NCBI GenBank assembly: GCA_051294905.1
Contig: CM119372.1
Location: 31,622,001 to 31,686,000 of the forward strand
From: Botryllus schlosseri
Lineage: Eukaryota
Length of the DNA stretch: 64,000 bases
Reading direction: 5' to 3'
Shown in pieces: positions 52,150-63,750 of the stretch. The notes under the pieces were generated by a model. It saw only the letters and a list, made by a program, of their open reading frames with translations, searched no databases and was not told the origin of the DNA. Every line of letters starts with the position of its first letter. The stretch's first letter is position 1. A program made the translations under genes and the position numbers.

Positions 52150-55100
52150 ATGCCGAGGTGGTTCAAAATCCTTCCGGATGCATTCAAAGAAAGGGTTTGC
52201 CAATACCTCCTACAGCATTACCTCGGGCGGTTTCTCAAAGAGAAACTAAGACTGGACCAGCTCAGTGTAGATCTATATAATGGCACCGGTAGAGTAGAAG
52301 ATGTGGAAGTTGATGTTTTTGCGATCAACGACATGTTGAGTAAAGTGGGATCACCGTTAGAAGTCGTCAGTGGATTCATCGAAAGCATAACCATTACGGT
52401 GCCGTGGTCTTCCTTGTTGACTGATCATTGCGACGTTCAAATCAAAGGGCTGGAATTTATGGTGCAGCCTAAATGCCACATGCCCGAGGATGTGAGCGAT
52501 CCTCTTGGCTCGATTTACCGATCGTTCAGTGAAATGACAACCTCGATGCAGTTGGCGGAAGAGTGCCTTCGAGAAGCAGAAGATACGACGGAATCGTCAT
52601 CTGGCGGACTATTTGACGGCCTTGATGTCTTTGCAAATTTGCTTGAGACTGTTCTCACTAAAGTTCAAGTTTCTCTCACAGATACTATGGTACGTATTGC
52701 ACAGTTGCCAGATGCGGATGGAAACCGTGTTTTGGTCGATATCTGCATCGACAAAATCGATTGTTTTGATGAAATCGCATTAAACGACAATGACAGTAAA
52801 GATCCAGACACTTCGTACTCGAAAAGCGAAGTCTTAACCTGTAAATGCTTACGGGTAACAGGAGTCAGCGTACTCGTAGGTGAAGAAAATGTTGCCGGTG
52901 AATTGCCGAACAGTTACTCGCCAGACGTCTGCGATGTTAGTGGTGCAAAACATGAGTCGTATTCTTCCCCATCCGTGGACACAGAATCTTGCCATGAAAA
53001 ATCTAAGCCTGTTTTAATCGCGAAGTTCTTCGGAAATCATGAATTGAAACTGCGTCTGAGACAAAACGAGTATGCCTCGGTCCCGAAAGTAGACGTTGAA
53101 TGCTTCTTGGGAACTTTTGGAATGATGGTCACGCCACATCAAGCACACCTAATCGCCAGATTTGCTAGTGGTTTATCATCAATGGCCGGCGCTCATGAAC
53201 GCAAAGAAAACGAATTCAATGACATGGTCACGTCAGGAGATTATGAATCGTGCAAATCAACTTATCATGTTCCGTTAGATACCCAAAACATGGCCAAAGC
53301 CAATCCGAAAAGATATGGGAGTGTCACGGGTAAGACTGATATATATTCGGATGTTGAGACCACCACAGTGGGTACCCTTATTGGTCACACCGAATCCAGT
53401 CAGGATAACACAGAAAGTGAATACGCCACATCTGTTAACAGCCGTTTCACCACAGGCTTCACAGATATATTCAACCCACATTTGAACAATCCTATCTTTC
53501 GTAAGAGAGAAGAGGGTAAGCGTGTATTTTCTACATCAGCTGACGGTAACCAATATGACCATTCGGACACTCACCGTGCACGTGCAACGACGCTTGATTC
53601 TCAATTCCAAATTCACATCGGTGGCTTGGCGATCACAATATTACACTCCGACCCACTAGAAAATTCCAGCAGTGATTTAGATTCCTATGTTGGTTATGAA
53701 AAACAGATTAAAGACGGCCGAGCAATGGCTCTTTCGGAACACTCTGCTGGCGTTTGTGAGTATTTTGAGGCATGTGAGCTCATTTTGGGCTCTATTAAGG
53801 GAAATATGAAATCCTTAACCAAAACCAGAGATCCGTTCGCGCAAGTTTGTTCTGTGGATCACCTTCGATTGCTGATAAACGGCGTGCACTTCAATGCCGA
53901 TGTCAAGTCGAGACTGTTAAATGTGGACGTGTCTTTTGGCAAGGCTGAGCTAACAGAGTGTCTGTTTTCCGCTCAAAGTCCGTCGTCTTCTGACGAGCTG
54001 GGTAAAAACACTGAACTAACGCCTAGCAATTTTCGAAAGAAATATGTACACTCCGAGATATTGACATTCTTCAACGACCAACACGCATCTCACTCGAAAC
54101 TGCCGCAATCCGCAATGTCACCTCATGTCCGAATCCATGTTAAAAGCGAGACTACGAAAGAAAAGATTCACACGACGCTATTTGTCCATTTGGCTGCTTG
54201 CGAAACTGAAATCGATGTCAGTATTGTAGACAGAATCAGTGCGTTGCTGTCTTTCACAGGCACCCAAAACGAAACCGTGTCGAATCGGACTAGCTTGCTG
54301 AAACCCACGTCATATGAAGACAAGCATTTTCAAAATGACATTTTCAACGAAGCTCTCAGTGAAGATCATAAAGACAATCGAATCGACACAACCGTATCGA
54401 CTTCCTTCTTTCGAGTGAATTTCAGATTTCCAGTTGCGGATTTACGTCCTGAAACGCACCGCACTGCTTGGTACGCCAGAGTATTGCGCGAGGAGATACT
54501 GACTCTCGAGGGCCACGACGTCGCATTTTCTGCCGAGTTTTCACCGAGTGAAAAGTCCGTGCAAACTTTGCCAAAACTGGGTCATACCCCGACGCAGTCG
54601 TTTCAAGAACTTAACGTCAGTGTACGCATGAAAGATTTACACGTGCTATTCTCGGAAACTCCAAGCCAACCGAAGTCCTTCCTGCATATCAGCCAAGCGC
54701 CTGCTGAGATGTCCTCCCTGACAGACGATAAAGATAGTGTCAGCGACTTAGACTATCCCTTGATCCGAATCAAATTCAACCCAGCTCAAGACATCGGTCA
54801 TAACGTACTGGAGGATATCGATTGTGATAAGGACGGTGGAGACAGCCCGGCCAAGTCAGAGTTTGATAAAGTATGGTTCGATCAAGTAATCGATTTCTCT
54901 GTCGACGATGACCGAACTGACGCCGAGGTGTCACCTTTTTCTCAGAAGAAAGTCATGTACAACGATAAGGAAGTGATATTACCCGGGGACGCGAACGAAT
55001 TATCTGAATTTTCCGAACACTGCGTTTCGCGTTCTCGCGCAGCCATTTCAATCCAACTGCCCGCCGTGAATATGTTTCTGGAATCGCACTCGTTCTTCGA

Positions 55101-58100
55101 AAACCTTTACAACCGCATCAACAATGATATCTTGCTTTGGACTCCGGCGGCTCCCGCTATGCAGTTACCCACTCAATCTTCGGACGCAAAGTCCACGCTT
55201 ATGCTTGGCAGTTGCCATCCGCTTTACAAAAACGGGCTTGATGTCGCCAGTCATTTGTTAAAAGACCGCGACGATGATACACTTTCGTATGAATCAGATT
55301 CGGATGATTCCATCGGATACAGGATGCCTTCACTGCATGGCGGGTCACCTCGGAGAAGAATCGGTTCGAAAGAACAGTGTCTCGTTTCTATCGTGACAAA
55401 GATAGGATACGGCAAAGTCGTAACAAAGTGCATCGTTTCGGATGAATCCGAGTCTAACCACGGAGAAGTTTTGCTGATGTTGGAAAACGCAAATGTTTTC
55501 TACGTCGTGAGTTATTGCGGCGATCCCAATTTGGATTACGTCTGTGTTCAAATCGGAGAATTTGACTTGTTCCACAAATCGTCTGTTCCGTCACGTGACA
55601 TTCTATCTAACATCGGTCCGTACACTGCAAACCAACCGTCACATCTCGACAAGGTTTTAACACAATGTCCCGGAGAGATTTCAAGAGTGTTCACGAGGCC
55701 GGTGACTAATGACGGCGGCCGGCATATGCTTGACCTCGTCATTAAAATCAAAACCGATGAGAAATGCGCCAGACATTTTTTGATAGCGACTTGCCTCAAC
55801 GAAGTCTTGCTTGCCCACAGGTTCTCTAAATCCGGACAAAATTGGTTCGAACAAATCATGCAATTCTTTGACGCTGCTGACGATCAGGTTTTGGGTTACG
55901 AACCACCTCCTTATATCACAGAGATTCATTTGAACGTCGCAAATTCGGCGATTCAGTACAAACCGATATACATGTCGCCTGCTGTGAATTCAGTGCTGAC
56001 GCTGAGTTCATTTTCTTTTTCGTCAAATATCGTGTCAAGCGCACCAAAATCCGTGTTTCACATGATGCTAGACGATGCGAAGTTTTATATCTCCCCCGTA
56101 TCGGGCCTTTCTTATTTCAATCAGGATTACATCTGCGTTTTGGAGGTAAATGTTTTGGAGTTGGTATTGCAGCTGTTGGGTGACTTTGAAGATATCTCCG
56201 AGCACCCTGCCGTTGAATTGAATATTTCTAACAACTTGGTGACCATTCGCACTTGTACGGATTCGTGCGTACTGCTTTGTTCTTTGATCAAACACATCGC
56301 TGCAGGCGGTGATTTTGGCCAAGAAATCGTAAACTCTGATGACTCGACTACCTGCAACATCCCGGCCAGGCGCCCGTCAGATGCAATGGACGATAATCAG
56401 AACGAAAACATCATGAATCTGATCGCAGATGCAATGTTGGATGATGATGGAAACACCAATCAAGACGCTGCGGAATCCAATTTCGAAAAAAGGCCGCACG
56501 CTTTCGGTAACGCTGACATCATGGCGCAATCCATGTTTGTTTTGCCCAATTCGAAACAGACCGGTGACTTTGGAGGTCGAAATTTGCGGCACATGACTTC
56601 TTCCGTCAATTCCCTCCCTTTAAAAACATCCAATTTTATAAACGACGATGATTTCTGCATTATCGGCGAAGAGATGTTAGATTCGAGCTGCGATAGCGAG
56701 CCTGTCATCAATTATCTTTTCCCGAGAGACAAAACCGATATTCAGACTGACGTCCTGATTGTTGAGAATCACTTCGAACCGTCTTACGGCAAGATCGATC
56801 AGCTTCAAGCACCCAAACACTTCCCCACTCCGGTATCCCTGTACTCTTTAAACGAGCTGTCGGTTATCTGGTGCATGTACGGCGGCAGAGATTTCGACGA
56901 TGTTAAGTCTGGAACTTCTTCATCTCCGGGCAAAGCGAGATATCGCGGTCAAAACACGAGGCAGGGTTCAAATCGCGATTCTACCATGATGATGGAGTTT
57001 CAGTTGTCGAAAATCAGCGCCAGGTACGAGGAGTATCCTGATGTGACTTACGAGGCGAAAAGGCTTGTGCTGGTGATCAACGAGTTGGAGGTGCGCGATA
57101 AATTACGGACGTCTCAGATCAATAAGTTTCTGTACCGATTTCACAGCGAAGAAAGCCCGCGGCAAACCCACGCTAAAGCCGTCCTGATCAAAATACTGCA
57201 GATACGCCCGGAAGGCTTGGACGCGCCCACGGAGAATAAGCTACGGGTTTCGTTACAGCCTCTCCGGCTTAATGTGGATCAAGACACGCTGTACTTTGTG
57301 AGCAACTACTTTGCTGAGATTCAAGAGGGATTGTCTGGCAGTTTTGAAAACGCGTCTGAGGTCAGAGACACTAACTCATCGCCGGCGTTCGATAAAAATC
57401 CGCAAACCACGACCAAATCATCGAACCAATCTCCGAGCCATTCGAAACCTTACGAGCCAATATATTTCCGAGAGCTGATCTTTTCGCCTGCAGTACCAAT
57501 ACGCTTGGACTATCACGGAAAGCGTATCGACACAGAGCAAGGCGCAATTTCCGGCTTACTTATAGGTATAGTACGGCTAAACGGGTCGCAATTACGGCTA
57601 AAAAGAATCGTTCGAAAGCAAGGACTCTTGGGTGTCGAGAGGCTTGTGTCTTTTCTGATTAACGAGTGGGCCACTGACATCAAAGCCAATCAGTTTCCTT
57701 CCATTCTAGGAGGAGTAGGGCCTCTGTATTCGGTCGGGCAATTTTTCGGAGGAATCCGAGATTTTTTCTATTTGCCCATCGATCAATACCGCAAAGACGG
57801 CCGTATAGTACGTGGTATACAACGTGGCGTGACTTCGTTTGGCACGTCCACAGCCATGTCTACCTTAGAATTGGCCAACAGCGCCGCCGGGGCCGTTCAT
57901 TACGCGGCAGAGACCACGCGTGAATTGATATCGCCGGCTCACCCGCGTGACCTGAATGATCCAAACTGGCGTTCCTCGGCTAAACCTCGTCTAAACCAGC
58001 CTGCTGATATACGAGAAGGCGTCAGCAACGCCTATACGGTTTTAAAACAAGGTCTGGAGGAAGGAACATCGTCGCTGGTGCAGATGGCACAGAAAGAACA

Positions 58101-58278
58101 TGAAATGAAAGGTACCACTGCGGCTGTCGGAGTCGTGCTACGGCATATTCCACTTGCTGTTGTAAAGCCGTTGGTTATGGGGACGGAGGCAGCGTCGAAT
58201 TTGCTGAGCGGTGTTAGGAACCAAATCAGGCCTGATGCGAAACAGCAAGACGAAGATAAATGGAAGAACAACGATTGA
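52150..58278 (+). CDS. ATG2: Autophagy-related protein 2 (lipid transfer protein), 2042 aa, single coding exon
   Basis: Chorein_N start (KERVCQYLLQHYLGRFL...LDQLSVDLYNGTG), CAD-like RTCTDSC, LIR-like DDDFCII, and C-terminal PIRLDYHGK, ILGGVGP and QPADIREGV motifs. An in-frame TAA at 52138 makes ATG 52150 the start. Confidence 0.97.
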   Translation: MPRWFKILPDAFKERVCQYLLQHYLGRFLKEKLRLDQLSVDLYNGTGRVEDVEVDVFAINDMLSKVGSPLEVVSGFIESITITVPWSSLLTDHCDVQIKGLEFMVQPKCHMPEDVSDPLGSIYRSFSEMTTSMQLAEECLREAEDTTESSSGGLFDGLDVFANLLETVLTKVQVSLTDTMVRIAQLPDADGNRVLVDICIDKIDCFDEIALNDNDSKDPDTSYSKSEVLTCKCLRVTGVSVLVGEENVAGELPNSYSPDVCDVSGAKHESYSSPSVDTESCHEKSKPVLIAKFFGNHELKLRLRQNEYASVPKVDVECFLGTFGMMVTPHQAHLIARFASGLSSMAGAHERKENEFNDMVTSGDYESCKSTYHVPLDTQNMAKANPKRYGSVTGKTDIYSDVETTTVGTLIGHTESSQDNTESEYATSVNSRFTTGFTDIFNPHLNNPIFRKREEGKRVFSTSADGNQYDHSDTHRARATTLDSQFQIHIGGLAITILHSDPLENSSSDLDSYVGYEKQIKDGRAMALSEHSAGVCEYFEACELILGSIKGNMKSLTKTRDPFAQVCSVDHLRLLINGVHFNADVKSRLLNVDVSFGKAELTECLFSAQSPSSSDELGKNTELTPSNFRKKYVHSEILTFFNDQHASHSKLPQSAMSPHVRIHVKSETTKEKIHTTLFVHLAACETEIDVSIVDRISALLSFTGTQNETVSNRTSLLKPTSYEDKHFQNDIFNEALSEDHKDNRIDTTVSTSFFRVNFRFPVADLRPETHRTAWYARVLREEILTLEGHDVAFSAEFSPSEKSVQTLPKLGHTPTQSFQELNVSVRMKDLHVLFSETPSQPKSFLHISQAPAEMSSLTDDKDSVSDLDYPLIRIKFNPAQDIGHNVLEDIDCDKDGGDSPAKSEFDKVWFDQVIDFSVDDDRTDAEVSPFSQKKVMYNDKEVILPGDANELSEFSEHCVSRSRAAISIQLPAVNMFLESHSFFENLYNRINNDILLWTPAAPAMQLPTQSSDAKSTLMLGSCHPLYKNGLDVASHLLKDRDDDTLSYESDSDDSIGYRMPSLHGGSPRRRIGSKEQCLVSIVTKIGYGKVVTKCIVSDESESNHGEVLLMLENANVFYVVSYCGDPNLDYVCVQIGEFDLFHKSSVPSRDILSNIGPYTANQPSHLDKVLTQCPGEISRVFTRPVTNDGGRHMLDLVIKIKTDEKCARHFLIATCLNEVLLAHRFSKSGQNWFEQIMQFFDAADDQVLGYEPPPYITEIHLNVANSAIQYKPIYMSPAVNSVLTLSSFSFSSNIVSSAPKSVFHMMLDDAKFYISPVSGLSYFNQDYICVLEVNVLELVLQLLGDFEDISEHPAVELNISNNLVTIRTCTDSCVLLCSLIKHIAAGGDFGQEIVNSDDSTTCNIPARRPSDAMDDNQNENIMNLIADAMLDDDGNTNQDAAESNFEKRPHAFGNADIMAQSMFVLPNSKQTGDFGGRNLRHMTSSVNSLPLKTSNFINDDDFCIIGEEMLDSSCDSEPVINYLFPRDKTDIQTDVLIVENHFEPSYGKIDQLQAPKHFPTPVSLYSLNELSVIWCMYGGRDFDDVKSGTSSSPGKARYRGQNTRQGSNRDSTMMMEFQLSKISARYEEYPDVTYEAKRLVLVINELEVRDKLRTSQINKFLYRFHSEESPRQTHAKAVLIKILQIRPEGLDAPTENKLRVSLQPLRLNVDQDTLYFVSNYFAEIQEGLSGSFENASEVRDTNSSPAFDKNPQTTTKSSNQSPSHSKPYEPIYFRELIFSPAVPIRLDYHGKRIDTEQGAISGLLIGIVRLNGSQLRLKRIVRKQGLLGVERLVSFLINEWATDIKANQFPSILGGVGPLYSVGQFFGGIRDFFYLPIDQYRKDGRIVRGIQRGVTSFGTSTAMSTLELANSAAGAVHYAAETTRELISPAHPRDLNDPNWRSSAKPRLNQPADIREGVSNAYTVLKQGLEEGTSSLVQMAQKEHEMKGTTAAVGVVLRHIPLAVVKPLVMGTEAASNLLSGVRNQIRPDAKQQDEDKWKNND

Positions 58279-59583
58279 CTTGAAATATGTGGTACCGTAC
58301 TGAACCTTTTTGTGGAACTGTGTTTGCGTAATCAGGACTGGGCAGAAGCATTACTCCAGTCTCAATTGGGTATTAATTATATAAAGTCGAGTAGAGTAGC
58401 GAGAAACAATTTTTTTCCAGTTTAGAAATGGTGCTCCCCTCGGGTCCTTGATTGATCAAATTGTAGACTCTGAAACATGTAGCACAATGTCACGTACGTT
58501 AGAAGAAATGGACATTTCGGTGTGTAACGAGAGCTATTTTCTTTTTGGTCGCCTAAAAGATAATATTTGATTTCTCCAAATTATCCATAATATCATAACG
58601 TCATGATAATAGATAGTAGTCACAGCCTTATGCTAAATTCAAAATATAATCACTTGCGTACTTGATTTTGCCTACTCCTGCTCTTAATGGTTGCAAGTTT
58701 TTCATCATGTTGTGCCCGGAATAAGGATATGTATATCGTACTTGAAATATAATAACATTTCCGCTTAGCAGCCACAAAATTTATGAAAATATTGAAATTC
58801 ACCGCGTATAGGACGCATCTCTTTCTCCGAGAAACGAGACTCTTGGAAGAAAAGCGTGTTCTGCCTGAGTATATGCGATCTTTGTTACGTGCAATTACCG
58901 ACGTCTGGTCGTGATTTTTTAACGACTGTGATATTCTCTGTCGTTTGCAGCCATTCTATGCACCATTTGCATTGCGTGTATGCTGTATTTATTTTTATCC
59001 TGTCTGTATAAGTGTTCTTGGACTATGTATTTTTTGTCACATGATCTATTTCTGTTTTTGTTAATACCTGTTTTTTTTCAAACAGTGTTTGAATTGGTGT
59101 ATAGATATCTATTACCATTGCTGTTTGGTATCATAATCAATTTGTTGTTGTATCAAGGTGGGCTGAGTGTTGCTTACCTAGAAATACAACTACTTTGTGA
59201 CTCTAATGGTCATTTTGATTCACTTTACAAGACTGGTACCGAAGAGCAGTAAATTTTTGATGGTGGCTGCGTCGAGATAAAGATTTTGTGTGTGATTTTT
59301 CCTCTGTTCTGCCGCTTTGCTTGTACTTGCTTCAACACGCTGTTCTGTGTAGTCTCGCTACATTCTGCTATCCTGTGATATATTATACAACTTCTTTGGT
59401 AATGACCACACTGTGCAAGCGGCGTGGGTCTGTGTGCACTTTGGCGTCTTGAATATTTGGCGAAATTATTCGCAATTATTGCTTTTTAAATGTTGTGGAT
59501 TTGATTGTGGTATCGTGTTGCGTACCTTGTTGATATTTCCACGCATGTTTTCCAGATTTTACCTTTAATTCATAATTTATATA

Positions 59584-60875
59584 ATGTCTGTGCACAGCGT
59601 GGACCATATGGGCCCACCGTTGGATGACGACGGTTATCGCGGGTATGACATCGACGCCAAAGGCCAAGTGATCGAATTCTACGATCACACCAACGATTTC
59701 AGTGATCACGGCGGACATAGTGGGATCAGCGCATCCAGACGACTGTTATCTGAAGCCCCGAGTGGGTCGCGAAGACACTTAGAAGACGCCCCTAGCGGGT
59801 CAAGGAGGGTTTTATCGGAAGCGCCAAGCGGTTCAAGACGGATTTTAACGGAGGATGTACCGTCAAGACGACCGACGAGAAATGAATTGAAAGCAACGGC
59901 CGGGTGCTGCTCGTGCTGTGTCGATTGTTTAATCACAATTGGACGGCTTCCCCTTGCTTCTATATTTTGTTTCATCTTGATGTGGATAGGCACCGGGCTG
60001 TTTATCGGAGCGGGCTGGGCCGTGCTTGACACCACGCAAGATCTTTTCACGCAGTACGGTCCCAGCATACACAACGGAAACCCTGCTATGGACCCGCCTC
60101 CCGAGTATTTTCTAGTGAGAGACGGAGTCCAGTCTAGTATCGGCAGTCATTACGAGTTGAGAGACCCGCGCAACCCAGGCAACAGAGTGCCGGAAGTGTT
60201 TTTGGGCATTCAGAGGTCGTTCTACGGGATAATACCGTTTATGGTGTTGTTTTCCTTCATCGTAATCGCAGATGGAGCCGCCAGCACTACAGAGCTGCAA
60301 CGAAGAAGGAGAGGATGTAAAACGTCGAGCGCCGGTATATGCTGCAGTGTTTTCGTGATACTTTGTTCCTATTTATTGCTCTTGGCTTGGGTGTTCTGGC
60401 TGGCTTTCGCCACGCTCGGAGTGTACTACTATCGTATGGTGATATTGCGGTGTGAGGATTTGCGCAATCCGATTAGATCCGAAGGAGAAACGAAGGATAT
60501 CTGCGTGGATTTGGTACAAGTCGGGCTGATCATGTTCCGTAGCACGACGGATGAATATTTCGGCAAAATCTGCGGGCCTGGCACGTCAAGCCGTAGCGTA
60601 GGCGATCTGGACGGGTACTGCAACAGCTATCAACACGCGTGGCAGCTGATGCTCGTCTGCTGGGCTGGATTGCTTATCAATATCATCGCCATGATGCACT
60701 CGCTGACGATTTCGGCTTCGAATTACCGGGCGTTGCAGTTGAGGCTTACGAATCGCAGACAGCGTGTCGCGCACGCAAACAGGTCTCCGGCTGTGTCGCA
60801 CAGGACTGAAACCACACATTTGAGCACAGTGCCGTCGCGGCCGCCCGTGGTGGTCGGCACGAATGGAGATACGGG
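59584..60875 (+). CDS. Proteolipid / M6 (GPM6/PLP-DM20 family) tetraspan protein, coding exon 1
   Basis: GCCSCCVDCL...LPLASI before TM1, four hydrophobic segments, ICVDLVQVGL...GKICG loop motif and SASNY after TM4. In-frame TAA at 59566; donor GG|GTAGGG at 60876. Confidence 0.88.
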
Positions 60876-60966
60876 GTAGGGGATTTGTTCACTTTACCGT
60901 GGTGCGCTTTTATGCATGGCACACTTATCTACTTATCTGTCACGGAAATGTCACAGGGTGTGAGGG

Positions 60967-61460
60967 TAGGGTTGTTCAAAAATAACTTTTTTTCCGGACC
61001 ACACCAAATTTGGTTCAATTCTAACAAGTATAAGCCGCTGCAGAGCCAATTAAAACTTTTAATTTATTAAGAAATATGGAAAAAAAATTCACAATTTTTC
61101 TGTCAACCCCGTGAAATTGTCGAGTTGTCTTCAAAAACGATGCAAAACAAATTTGACTCAATTCCAACGAATAGAAACGGAGTTATTTGAGTTTTATCCT
61201 TGATTGGTGGATAATCCGGGAATTATCAACGAAAAACTCAAACCTGTTTATGCATTTGAGAATGAAATCTAAATCTGAATCCAAACTTCATCTCAATGAC
61301 AGTAATTTGGTCAAAAGTCACAGGGACATTATTTTCGATTTTGTATCGTGTCCGAACCCTGCAACGAAGAAACGCCACTTGAAAAAAAAGAGCCTGGTTT
61401 AGGATCGGACCGACCCAAATCATTGACTTCAATTTTTTAAATCCAAATCGATGCTCAATT
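60967..61460. mobile_element. Probable degraded MITE within the intron
   Basis: TAGGGTTGTTCA start and AATCCAAA / GGATCGGA motifs resembling the repeat at ~17120-17560; boundaries uncertain. Confidence 0.4.
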
Positions 61461-61500
61461 GTTCACGTTAGCCGCCCTAAACAGCCTTGCTCTTTTGCAG

Positions 61501-61645
61501 CCGCAGATACTCTCGGGATTACGAGCTGGATGAAATGAATCGAGACAGCGACTTTGTGAGCTCGAGTGTGTCGTACAATCCCAGAAAGCGGTTCGCTAAT
61601 AACGATTCCCATGCCGGCGTGGATTACTATTACAAGGATCACTGA
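61501..61645 (+). CDS. Predicted coding exon 2 of the proteolipid/M6 gene
   Basis: Branch-like CCCTAAAC and acceptor CTTGCTCTTTTGCAG|. The phase-2 join reads G-RRYSRDYELDEMNRDSDFVSSSVSYNPRKRFANNDSHAGVDYYYKDH*; AATAAA at ~61979. Confidence 0.78.
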
Positions 61646-63750
61646 AACTGGTCAAGTTTTACTAACAAACTGTTAAAGACTGCCAGACATATTTCACTCA
61701 CTTTATATAGCATTGACTCGTTTTTTTTGTAAAATAGAACAATTTTTCATATTTATCACCTTGGAACTCTGTTATACTAAGGTACCAACATGAATTACTT
61801 GAACCTCATATTACTACTCTACGTTTGTAGACCCACCCAATTCACATGGCTTCTATATTCATATATTGCTGATATACATGGTACTGACATGGACCAAATT
61901 TTAACTGATATCATTGTTGCTCTTTCTATATCGATTCATTGTGTTTGTGAATACTGGTGCACAGCTATTTTTATGATTAATAAATATTTTTTAAGCCTTT
62001 GACTTCGACCATCGGTTCTATTGTGATTTCAATTTTCATATACTTAATGATTTTTGTTGCTATAAAATATTAATGCGTGAACCTGTTTGCCATCTGGCGT
62101 TTTATGTTATTGATATGCATAATATGGTGCGCATTTGGTTATGACTCCTGCACCGTGCCCCGAGATACAAAGTTCATGTGGGGGTTACATTCTTGCGTCT
62201 GATTTAATGCGTTGATCTTGGTCTCGTTACATTGCTGAACGAAGGCTAGCCGTTTTAAATCAGAACTGTTTCGGCACCCATCTCTAACACGTCTATAAAA
62301 ATATAAAATAAATGGTACACAATAGACCTACTTATTACAGACTCCTTCGTGGGAGACAAGAAACTTCAATATTTTCAAATCGAAGTTGCGCTCCTGATTT
62401 GAGTCTCAAATCTAATTCCAGATGCAATCTCCATTACGTGACATGTCCGAATCTGATAGCCTGCTACCCCGAACTCTGCCAGTCGCATAAGAATTTGAAA
62501 TTGTTGAAATTAGAAGAAAAAAAAATGTAGCCGACTGCAGTTCGAATTCGGCCAAAATGTCTGAATCCCTTTTTTTTCGATCCTTTCTCATCCCTGGTCC
62601 TCAAGCTGGAATACGCTTACAGATGCTGTGCGGTAAATTTGCAATATTGAACCGAGCTCTTGTTCTATCCTTGCAGCTATTATCGATAAGATGAAGCGTT
62701 AACCCTTTTATTCTATTGTTTAATCATTGGAATTTCGAACCATCCTCTCTTTATATTTGAATAAAATAGGCCTACAACCCGCACATCATGAACTGTTTAC
62801 TAAACCGCCCTGTAACATTGTGACTGACACTCAACACAGTCATACTCTAATATTCTATTTTTCCCGCAACCGCGCATTGCATATCATTTCCGCTTATGTT
62901 GCACCTCACACTTACGAATTTTTGTAGTTTGCCGAGTTTTATTTGGGGTTTCTGACTCACCCGTCACATTTGTGACGACTGGATTATTGCTATCATTGTT
63001 TCATTACTGATTGTAGTTGGATTACATATTGCATAGTTCTATTGTGACGTTTGTGTGTTCGTTGCTTGAAAGCATGGTTGCTTGGGCGAAGTTGAAGGAA
63101 TTGTGAAAATCAAAGTGGGTTATTTAGAGGTGGGAGAAGTCCTCTCATATAGGCCTACTTTGACGGTAAATCAACAGTTCTTGATCAAGATAAATGCCAA
63201 ATTATAATATCGCTGTCACGCATTGTTCACATCGCCAAGTCGTGGTGGTTTTATTTGTGAAAGCGATGCAAAATCTTCACAAAAAAAAACTGTGGAGTTG
63301 ATACCAGTCTAAGCCGAGAATATATTTCATCAAGAATACAACATTTTCGCACAGTTCCATCATCGATTCTGTGGGAACTACCAGCTATCCCACCTGGCCC
63401 TTACAACAGCATTCACAAGGATATTGCACAGTGAAAACAGATTGCTCAGTATAGGTGCCGAAATGAGTCTTGTATCAATAACGATTTTGATGTCAAAAGG
63501 ACACGCTAGTCGATGGTCTTCCTGTTGATTTCATATTCAAAGCCTCTACTTGTTCAAAAGCTCCGATATAAATGTGCGTCCTATGCCGTAACACATAATC
63601 GGTTCAAATAGCATGCAGGGAATTGCAATACTGCCATATTAATATGACGAAAGTCAACAAGACAGCTGCCTATCGTTCTTTGACGAGTGATTGCGCAAAT
63701 GCTCATGCTTGCAAAGATGTATCAGCTATTACCATAATATTACTGATTCA

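Noticed and set aside
53275..60819. Antisense ORFs inside ATG2 and the proteolipid gene
   Set aside because: Short shadow frames of real coding sequence with no independent motifs.
52144..60879. Long intronless ORFs as bacterial or viral horizontal transfer; TTG start at 52144
   Set aside because: ATG2 is a eukaryotic family and M6/PLP an animal family, and the latter gene has a predicted spliceosomal intron; the ATG at 52150 is the natural start.
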